Below are positions 43,368-52,056 of a stretch of DNA of 64,000 bases, piece after piece; positions within the stretch are counted from its first letter, which is position 1; every line of letters starts with the position of its first letter. The notes beneath the pieces were generated by a model, which worked only from the letters and a program-made list of their open reading frames with translations, made no database searches and was not told the origin of the DNA. The stretch is taken from NCBI GenBank assembly GCA_963739455.1, contig CAVUAK010000001.1, forward strand, positions 160,001-224,000. Reading direction: 5' to 3'. Position numbers and translations under genes: made by a program. Source of the stretch: an uncultured Gemmatimonadales bacterium. GTDB lineage: Bacteria; Gemmatimonadota; Gemmatimonadetes; Gemmatimonadales; GWC2-71-9.

Positions 43368-45494
43368 TCAGTGCTTCCGTGGCACCGGCGCCCATCCCAG
43401 CCCATGCTTCACCGGCGGGGCGCCGTGTGCCATCGCCTTCCTCAGCGCGGTGAACGGACCCCCGCCCCGGAAGGCGAGCCGGTACGTGGCACCATCGGCG
43501 GGCGCCGTTTCCGCGTTGAACGGGATGTACTCGCCGCCGAACACCCACACACCCCAGTCCGCGTTCTCGCCCTTCTGCAGTGCCCAGGCGGCACTGAACC
43601 CGGCGACGCCCGTCAGGTCGGGATACACCAGGTCCCAGGTCACGGGCGCCGTCGCGTAGTAGTTCGACGATGCCCGGTAGAACGCCTGCCGGTAGGTCGA
43701 ACCACTCCCCTGCTCGAATGACACCTCGATCGCCTTGTTGTACTCCGCCTGCACCGGCATCTGGATCCGCGGACGCGAATAGGTCGTGCCCGTCGCCGTC
43801 GTGACCGTGGGTGTCACCGCCGCCGGCCCGAATGCCAGCGTCCGGTCCACCACGTCGCGATAGTACACCTCGGCGCGGCGCCACTCACCACTCTCCGCCT
43901 CCGCATACCCGACCATGCGCTGTACCTCACCCGGCGCGAGCTGCGCCACCGGCAGTGCGTCGTACGGCGTGGTCGTCGTCACGTCGAACGTGCCGTATGA
44001 CAGCACCGGATAGAAAAAGGTGCCGAGCGCCGTGTAGACCTGCGCCGATTCCCCGGCGAGGCCGCTCAGCGTCGCTGTGGCACTCGCCGGCGCGAACGCC
44101 TCCGCCGAGCCGAAATCCGCCACTGGGAGCGTCGAGCCATCCGCCGCATCCACGCCGCGCCGCAGGAGGAACCGGTTCACCCTCTCTGTCGCGTCGTCGT
44201 GCCGCGCCCCCACGAGGTCGAGCGGTCCGCTGGTGACGCCGAGCAGCTGGAAGGTCGATGCTCCCGCTGTTCCGCCGGCAAACTCCTCGCCGAAGCCCTG
44301 CCGCACCGCCGAAAACTCCGCCGCCCCCACCCCCGCAACCGACCCGTTCACCGTCTTGTCGCCGCAGTACCGGTTGAGGAACGTCACGTTCGCCCGCTGC
44401 TCCGAGAGCGTGGCGTAACTGAACGCCACCGAGAAGCCCCCATTGAACTCGTAGGCCGACGCGATCCCGCCTCGACCCGACGGGAGCGAGAAGGTGTACG
44501 TGTTCGTGCCTGACGCCGGCAGCACCTGCGTCCAGGCACCGTTGCCGTTCTGCTGGGCCACCCAGATCGGTGCGTCGGCATCGCTGCAATACGTAAGGCT
44601 GAACTGGTCCGGCGGCGGGCCCGGCTGCGGGTCTACCGCACCGAACGGGCTGAAATTCCGCACCCGTCCACCAATGCCGGCACGACGCGCGAGCAGCATC
44701 GCCACGCCGTTGCCCGCGGTGACACCGTCGCAGTCGAGGAATGGCGCATCCGCCCTCGGCAGTAGCTCGATGGTGGTCGGCGTCGCCGGGTCGGGATGCG
44801 CAATCTGCAGACGGGAGAGAATTGGGTCGGGGGCGTAGTACGCGCTCGCCGACTCAGTCACCTGGCACAGGCCCAGGATGGCGTCCGCGGCAAACGTCAC
44901 CGATGGCGTCACGTGGAAGTCGTAGAAGAGCGGATACTGGTTGAGGGTCGTCGGGAGGGGGCCATCGCCCGGCGCATACTGCGAGCTGTCGGGAAGGCGG
45001 TTGATCACCAGCAGGACGTTCCGGCTCAGGGCACTCGCCGGGATGTTGATTCCCGCGTGCTCGGTTCCGGTGACGAAATCGCCTCCCGCTGCATCCACCA
45101 CCGCCACCACACCATCGGTATCGAAGCTCTCGGGTGACAGCCCCGGGTCGCTCAGCCCCGCGGTGGTGAACGCATCGGTGATGAGGTCGCTCAGTCCCGA
45201 GCGCTGAGCGGCCGCGGTACCGCTCAACCGCCCTGCGGCGTACTCGTCCAGCGACAGGCTGGTGAGGTCGAACGCTGCCGCATCGGCCGCCGCGCCGCTC
45301 GAGCTCTCGAGCGTCGTGATGATGGTGAGCGCCTCGTCCCGTGCCGCCCCCGCCGGGAAGAGTGCCGTCGCCTGCTGGGCCAGGTCCCCCGGCGGGTTGG
45401 GGTTCGAACTGTCATCACCACAGCCAATTGCGAACGCCAATACCACCACCGCAGCACCGGCGAGCGCACGGCGCCACCCACCTCGAGTCTTCAT
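43368..45494 (-). CDS. Large hypothetical lipoprotein (708 aa)
   Basis: AIGC lipobox; long intact ORF. Confidence 0.8.
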   Translation of the reverse strand: MKTRGGWRRALAGAAVVVLAFAIGCGDDSSNPNPPGDLAQQATALFPAGAARDEALTIITTLESSSGAAADAAAFDLTSLSLDEYAAGRLSGTAAAQRSGLSDLITDAFTTAGLSDPGLSPESFDTDGVVAVVDAAGGDFVTGTEHAGINIPASALSRNVLLVINRLPDSSQYAPGDGPLPTTLNQYPLFYDFHVTPSVTFAADAILGLCQVTESASAYYAPDPILSRLQIAHPDPATPTTIELLPRADAPFLDCDGVTAGNGVAMLLARRAGIGGRVRNFSPFGAVDPQPGPPPDQFSLTYCSDADAPIWVAQQNGNGAWTQVLPASGTNTYTFSLPSGRGGIASAYEFNGGFSVAFSYATLSEQRANVTFLNRYCGDKTVNGSVAGVGAAEFSAVRQGFGEEFAGGTAGASTFQLLGVTSGPLDLVGARHDDATERVNRFLLRRGVDAADGSTLPVADFGSAEAFAPASATATLSGLAGESAQVYTALGTFFYPVLSYGTFDVTTTTPYDALPVAQLAPGEVQRMVGYAEAESGEWRRAEVYYRDVVDRTLAFGPAAVTPTVTTATGTTYSRPRIQMPVQAEYNKAIEVSFEQGSGSTYRQAFYRASSNYYATAPVTWDLVYPDLTGVAGFSAAWALQKGENADWGVWVFGGEYIPFNAETAPADGATYRLAFRGGGPFTALRKAMAHGAPPVKHGLGWAPVPRKH

Positions 45495-45587
45495 GCTTCA
45501 CTCCAGAGTCACGTACTTCGTACTGGGTTGCCTAATCTCACCGGGGGCTGCAAATAGTGAGTTGGTCCCTTCACTCACGAGCTGCTC

Positions 45588-47518
45588 ATGTGCGGCATTA
45601 CCGCGGTTCTATCATCCAGTGATGCCATTTCCGCGGAAATGCTCCATCGGGGCACCGCCGCGCTGCACCACCGCGGTCCCGACGGGCGCGGGCACTGGCT
45701 CTCCCCTGACTGCCGCGTGGGACTGGGACATACCCGGCTCTCGATCATCGACCTGCAGACCGGTGACCAGCCGATCGCGAACGAGGACGAGTCGCTATGG
45801 ATCGTCGCCAACGGTGAGTTCTACGATTTCGAGCGGATCCGCGACGAGCTCCGTCGCAGGGGCCACCGCTTCCGCACCGGCTCCGACAGCGAGATCGCGC
45901 TGCATCTCTACGAGGACCACGGCCCCGAGTGCCTGCATCACCTGCGGGGCGAGTTCGCGTTCGTCATCTGGGACGGGCGGAACCGGCGGCTCTTCGCCGG
46001 CCGCGACCGCTTCGGCGTCAAGCCGCTCTTCTACGCGGAGCACGCTGGCGCGCTCTACCTCGCGTCCGAGGCAAAGGCGCTGTTCGCCATGGGCGTGCCG
46101 GCGCGGTGGAGCGCCGAGATCGGTGTACGCCGGTGGCTTCATCATGCCGGGCGAGCGGACGCTGTTTCACGGCGTGCACGCCGTTCCACCCGGCCACTAC
46201 CTGCGCGCCACGCCGAAGGGCATCGGCTGCATCAGTACTGGGACGTGGACTACCCCGCCGACGCCGACGCGCCAGCCCCGCGGTCCGAGCGCGAGTACGT
46301 GCAGGGATTTCGCGAGGTGCTGGAGGAGTCGGTCAAGACCCGGCTCCGCGCCGACGTGCCGGTGGGCTGCTACCTGAGCGGCGGGATCGACTCGTGCGCG
46401 GTGCTCGGCCTGGCGGCGCTGCACCACAACGGTCCGGTGCGCGCGTACACCCTCACCTTCGATGGCGCGCAGTACGATGAGAGCGCCATCGCGAAGGAGA
46501 TGGCGCTCCTGGCCGGCGCCGACTTCCACCCGATCCCGATCACGCAGGCCGATCTCGCCGCCAACTTCCGCGACTCGGTGATGCAGGCGGAGCTTCCCTG
46601 CCTCAACGCACACACCGTCGCCAAGTACATGCTGAGCCGCGCCGTGCGACAGAACGGCTACAAGGTGGTGCTCACCGGCGAGGGCTCCGACGAGATCCTC
46701 GCCGGCTATCCGCACTTTCGCCGCGACATGCTGCTCTATCACACCGCCGGGCAGGATCCCGCCGAGGTCGCGCGGCTGATGCAGCAGCTCGAGGAAGCAA
46801 TCAGGTCTCGCGCGGCCTGCTGATGCCGGACGGCGAGACGGACTCCGGTGCCGTCTGCCAGGAACTGCTCGGCTTCGTCCCTTCGTGGCTCGACGCGCAG
46901 ACCGGCATCCTGCTTCGGATGCAGCCGTCTCATGCGCGACGACTTCCTCAAGGACCAGCAAGGTGCGGATGTCGTCGGCACCCTGCTCGCGTCGCTCGAT
47001 GTGCGCCGAAGATTGCAGGGTCGGAATGCCGTGCACGCGGCGCTCTACCTCTGGGCCAAGACCGTCCTGCCGCACTACATCCTCAGCAACCTCGGCGATC
47101 GGATGGAGATGGCCCATTCGATCGAGGGGCGCGTGGCCTTCATGGACCATCACGTGGCCGAGTACCTGCACCAGGTGCCGGTGTCGCTCAAGATTCGCGG
47201 CATGACGGAGAAGTACATTCTGCGGGAGGCGGTACGGACGTCATCACCGACACGGTCTATCGCCGCCAGAAGCATCCCTTCCTGAGCCCGCCGGCGACGC
47301 TCAATACCGAGGGTGACCTGCATGGCCTCATGCAGGACACCCTGCGAGGCTCAGCGGGTGCCGCCGTGCCCTTCCTCGACCAGTCGCGCGTCATTGGTGT
47401 CCTCGACAGCCTCACCGACTCCACCCTCGATTTCGGCGACCGCGTGGTGCTCGACCAGGTCCTCACCCTGGCACTGAGCTTCGCCTTCCTGCACCAGGGC
47501 CTGGGGCTCCAGGCCTGA
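45588..47518 (+). CDS. asnB: Asparagine synthase (glutamine-hydrolysing) family; several frameshifts
   Basis: MCGI, HRGPD, RDRFGVKPL, LSGGIDS, TGEGSDE, DRMEMAHSIEGR. Confidence 0.9.
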
Positions 47519-47542
47519 GCGCTTCACTATCTTTCAGTACCC

Positions 47543-50500
47543 ATGAAATCACTTCGCCTGCTTGCCCTGCTGGGTCTCGTCCTGGTGATGACCCGGCCGC
47601 TCCCCGCCCAACAGCTCCCGTACCGCACCGGTCAGTGGATTCCCGACTCCCTCGGCAATCATCGCGTGGTCGTCCACGTCGGCGCGCCGTCGCCAGGCGG
47701 TGCGCGTCCACATTCCCTGGCGCCGCCCCGATGCGAAGCCCGAGGCCGTCGAGATCATCGCCGTCGGGCCCCGCCGGCACCCGCATCGCCAATCTGTATC
47801 GCCGCAGCATTACCCGCGAGTTCGGTGACCTGGCCTTCCAGCCGGTCGATGGCCCTGGCGACTACTACCTCTACTATCTGCCCTATCGCGGGTCGATCAC
47901 TTCCAACTACCCGCGGATCTTCTATCCGGCGCCCACTGTAACCGCGGATGCCGCCTGGCAGGCATCAACGGTGGCACACTGGACCACGCTCCCGCGCGCG
48001 AACGTCGTCGCAATGGAGTCGATCGACGACTTCAACAGCTTCTCCCCCATGCAGGTCATCGCAACACAGGCGGAGACACAGGCGCTGGTGAGGAAGGCGG
48101 GGAATGCACCGTTCATTCTCTTCGCCGAGGACCGTGCACATCCCGGTACGCATGCGGAGCGACCTGCCCCAGAGATGGATCGCGAGTGGCGCTGGCGGCG
48201 CCGTCACCGGTGAAGCGCATCGCGGCGAATGGTTCGCCTTCCAGGTCGTGGTCTACGCTTCGAAGCAACCGCTCGACAGCGTATCCGCATCTTTCAGTGC
48301 CCTCCCCGCCCTCCCCGCCCTGGGCGCCTTCACCTGCGTCAACGTCGACGGCATCGACTGGCGCGGTCGGTCTTTCACTCGCAACGTCACCATCGCCAAG
48401 GGCGAGGTCTACCCTCTCTGGTGCGGCGTCCAGGTCCCGATCGACGCGAAGCCCGGCCGCTACATCGGAACGGCTACCGTAGTCGCTGTTCCTCCTCACG
48501 CAGTCGCCGTTCCTCCTCACGCTTTTCAGCGTCTTCCCATGGCCCTCACCATCCTCCCCGACACCATCGCTGCTGCGGGAGACAACGATCCGGCGCGCCT
48601 CTCCCGCCTCCGCTGGCTCAACTCGACGCTGTACCAGGATGACGGGCTCGTTCCACCCTACACACCAGTCACCGTCACCGGCGCGACACTTGGCGTGCTT
48701 GGCCGTGATCTCCGCATCGGTGCCAATGGTCTCCCCGAGTCGATTCGCAGCTTCTACACCCCGGAGATGACCTCCATCGGTTCTTCCCCTCACGAGCTGC
48801 TTTCCCAGCCGCTCTCACTCGCGGTTGAGAGCGCACACGGGTCGCTCCTCCCTTGGTCCTCCGGCCCGCTCACCTTCACGAAGAAGGCCGAGGGCGCCGC
48901 TGGCTGGAGCGTCACCAGTACCAGCGGTCCGCTCACGATCAGGCTGACGGCGCAGCTCGATTTCGACGGCACCGTCGAATACCAGGCGGCGCTCAGCAGC
49001 ACCGCCAACGTCAATCTCGCCGACGTCCGCCTCGAACTGCCGATGAAGAACGACGCCGTCCGCTACTTCATGGGCATGAACCTGAAGGGCGGCAAGCGCC
49101 CAGCGAGCTACGACTGGAAGTGGGAAGTCACCCGTAACCAGGACGCCGCCTGGCTGGGCGACGTGAACGGCGGCATCCAGTTCACCCTCAAGGACGACCA
49201 CTCCTACGTCCGACCCCTCAACACCAACTTCTACCAGCAGAAGCCGCTGGTCATGCCCGCCTCCTGGGCCAACCGTGGCCGGGGCGGCTGCACCTTCCGT
49301 GAAACGGCCGCCATATATAGGACAACCTGCTTCAGCGGCCCTCGCACGCTGATCGCCGGTGACACACTGCACTACGACTTCCGGCTGATGATCACACCGT
49401 TCCACCCGATCGACCCGGCCCAGCACTGGAAGGAGCGCTACTTCCACGCCTACGTGCCGCTCGACTCGGTGGCGAAGATGGGCGCCAACGTGATCAACGT
49501 GCATCACGCGACGCCCATCAATCCCTTCATCAACTACCCCTTCCTCCGCCCCGACACCATGCGGGCCTACATCGACTCGGCCCACGCCCGGCAGATGAAG
49601 GTCAAGATCTATTACACGGTGCGCGAGCTCACCAACCGCGCCCCCGAGCTCTGGACCCTGCGCACGCTCAACGATGAGGTCCTCGCCGACGGTCCCGGCG
49701 GCGGATGGTCCTGGCTCCAGGAGCATGTGGAGGGGAGCTACCTCGCTGGCTGGTTCGTCCCCGAGATCAGTGACGCCGCCCTCGTCACCAGCGGTGTGTC
49801 GCGCTGGCACAACTTCTACATCGAGGGACTCGACTGGCTCGCGCGGAACGTCGGCATCGACGGCCTCTATCTCGATGACGTCGCCTTCGATCGCACCACC
49901 ATGATGCGCGCGCGGAAGGCGCTGGAGCGGAACCGCCCCGGATCGCTCATCGACCTCCACAGCGCCAACCAGTACAACCCGCGCGACGGCTTCGCCAGCA
50001 GCGCCAATCTCTACCTCGAGCACTTCCCCTTCATCGACCGCCTCTGGTTCGGCGAGTACTTCGACTACGACTCGCAACCCGACTACTGGCTCGTCGAAAT
50101 CTCCGGTATTCCCTTCGGCCTCATGGGCGAGATGCTCGAGGGCGGCGGCAATCCCTGGCGCGGCATGCTGTTCGGCATGACCAACCGCCTTCCCTGGTCC
50201 GGCGATCCCCGCCCCATCTGGCAGGAGTGGGACCGCTTCGGCATCCAGGACACGAAGATGATCGGCTGGTGGGTGCCGGACCCACCCGTTACCACCGGCC
50301 GTAGTGATGTCCTGGTCACCACTTATGCCGGAAACGGAAAGGCCTTGCTCGCGATTGCGAGCTGGGCCCCCGATACCGTGAGCGTTCCGCTCCTCATCGA
50401 CTGGAGGGCGCTCGGTCTCGACTCGGCGCGAACTACCATCACTGCTCCCGCCATCGATAGCTTTCAGGTTGCTCGTGAGTTCAAGCCGGGCGAAGCGATC

Positions 50501-50548
50501 CCCGTCGCCCCGGCCCGTGGCTGGCTGCTGGAACTGACAACCCATTGA
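47543..50548 (+). CDS. Secreted DUF6067-like glycoside hydrolase domain protein; frameshifts in the 5' part
   Basis: Signal peptide; LGNHRVVV, INVHHAT.INPFINYP, KIYYTVRE, DGLYLDD; family recalled, not searched. Confidence 0.7.
48299..48522 (+). repeat. Two in-frame repeat tracts in the glycosidase gene
   Basis: GCCCT CCCCGCCCT x2 at 48299-48321; 21-bp duplication AGTCGCYGTTCCTCCTCACGC at 48481-48522. Confidence 0.75.
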
Positions 50549-50562
50549 GAACGAGGCCCGAG

Positions 50563-50922
50563 ATGCTCCGCGCCACCACCCTCACGGCACTTGCTGCCGT
50601 CCTCGCACTCGTCGCGTGCGACTCGAACAACCTACCGGATCCCGCGCCTAGCGTCTCCATCGTCACCAATGCCAGCGCGCTGGGACCGAACGCGTTCGAC
50701 CCGAATCCATTCACCCGGAGCTTCAACGCTGGAAGCCGGGTCGCCTGGGCCAACAACGATGGCGTCGTACACCGGCTCGTGTCCGTGGCCCCCGCACCGC
50801 TTTTCGACTCCGGCGATATCGCCCCTGGGGCGACCTTCGAGTTCACCTACTCCGCGCGCGGCACCTACGCCTATCATTGCTCCATTCACCCGTCTATGGT
50901 CGGCACCATCACTCTGAACTGA
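50563..50922 (+). CDS. Cupredoxin/plastocyanin-like lipoprotein
   Basis: LVAC lipobox; W.N.DG..H and YHCSIHPSMVG copper ligands. Confidence 0.85.
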   Translation: MLRATTLTALAAVLALVACDSNNLPDPAPSVSIVTNASALGPNAFDPNPFTRSFNAGSRVAWANNDGVVHRLVSVAPAPLFDSGDIAPGATFEFTYSARGTYAYHCSIHPSMVGTITLN

Positions 50923-50935
50923 GCCACGAGGTACC

Positions 50936-51589
50936 GTGCCGGACGCCCAGCCGCCGACCAATCGTACTCGCGTCCGCCGCCTCCCCGAGCGCGGCGCCTA
51001 TGATCGCGAGACCATCTACGCGATCCTCGATGCCATGCCGGTGGCCCACGTTGGCTACACTCTCGACGGCCAGCCCTTTGTCACCCCGACGCTGCAATGG
51101 CGCGAGGGGAACCACGTCTACTGGCACGGTTCCGCCGCGAGCCGCATGCTGCGCAGCATCGAGGGATCACCCGTCTGCCTCACCGTCACCCTTATCGACG
51201 GCATGGTCCTCGCCCGCTCCGGCTTCAATCATTCCATGAATTACCGCTCCGCCATGCTGCTAGGCCGCGCACGAGTCGTCAACGATCCCGCTGAGAAGGA
51301 GGCGCGGCTCAAGAACTTCGTCGAGTCGCAGTTTCCCGGTCGCTGGGACATCCTCCGCCCCATCACCACCCAGGAGTTGAAGGGCACCAGCGTGCTCACC
51401 ATGCCGATCGATGAGGCATCAGCCAAGGTGCGCACCGGCGAACCGCATGACGAGCCGGAGGACGAGGCGCTCGACATCTGGGCCGGCGTCATCCCGATTC
51501 GGTTCGAGGTCATGCCGCCGGTCGCCGACCGGCATGTGCACGCCGATCGCCGGCCTCCCACTCACGCATCCACCTTCCGCATCGGCTAG
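50936..51589 (+). CDS. Pyridoxamine 5'-phosphate oxidase-like flavin-binding protein (NimA-like)
   Basis: RRLPERGAYD, HGSAASRM, LARSGFNHSMNYRS. Confidence 0.88.
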   Translation: MPDAQPPTNRTRVRRLPERGAYDRETIYAILDAMPVAHVGYTLDGQPFVTPTLQWREGNHVYWHGSAASRMLRSIEGSPVCLTVTLIDGMVLARSGFNHSMNYRSAMLLGRARVVNDPAEKEARLKNFVESQFPGRWDILRPITTQELKGTSVLTMPIDEASAKVRTGEPHDEPEDEALDIWAGVIPIRFEVMPPVADRHVHADRRPPTHASTFRIG

Positions 51590-51593
51590 GCGC

Positions 51594-51648
51594 CACCGCC
51601 TTCCCCGCCTTCCCCGCCTTCCCCCGTCCTCCCCGCCCTCCCCGCCCT
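51594..51648 (+). repeat. Nonamer repeat CCCCGCCYT x~6
   Basis: Read directly; ends 4 nt before the padR -35 box. Confidence 0.9.
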
Positions 51649-51652
51649 CCTC

Positions 51653-51700
51653 TTGACAGTCTAAAGGAGACGACTTAGCCTCTTGTAGACTGTCAGGAGG
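51653..51700 (+). promoter_or_regulatory. Putative promoter and operator of the PadR gene
   Basis: TTGACA-17 nt-TAGCCT; perfect inverted repeat TGACAGTCTA (51654-63) / TAGACTGTCA (51686-95); AGGAGG RBS. Confidence 0.75.
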
Positions 51701-51705
51701 AACCA

Positions 51706-52056
51706 ATGCCCCACGATCCCGTCGAACTCCTCCCCGGTACCCTCGAGCTCCTCGTCCTCAAGGCATTGAGCCTCGAGCCGATGCATGGCTGGGGTATCGG
51801 CAATCGCATCGGCCAGCTCTCCAGTGACGTCTTCAGCGTGCAGCAGGGCTCGCTCTACCCTGCCCTCCAGCGCATGCTGCGGAAGGGATGGGTCCGCTCC
51901 GAGTGGCGCGCGTCCGACAACAACCGCCGCGCCCGCTACTACATCCTCACTCGCGAGGGCGCCCGCCAGCTCGCCGCCGAGACCTCACTCTGGCAGCGCG
52001 CATCCGGGGCGATCAACGAGATCCTCCAGGTCCGCCCGACCACCGCGCACGCATGA
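51706..52056 (+). CDS. PadR family regulator (acidobacterial type)
   Basis: LLPGTLELLVLK, MHGWGI, QGSLYPAL, NNRRARYY. Confidence 0.92.
   Translation: MPHDPVELLPGTLELLVLKALSLEPMHGWGIGNRIGQLSSDVFSVQQGSLYPALQRMLRKGWVRSEWRASDNNRRARYYILTREGARQLAAETSLWQRASGAINEILQVRPTTAHA

Noticed and set aside
45588..47518. Lasso-peptide cyclase or RiPP cluster
   Set aside because: Intact N-terminal Cys glutaminase domain and no precursor, B protein or RRE nearby; ordinary AsnB family.
500..48200. Many frameshifted genes as pseudogenes or programmed frameshifts
   Set aside because: Single-base indels are scattered through otherwise intact unrelated genes, with no in-frame stops or shared slippery motif; assembly error is simpler. 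Needs a read check.
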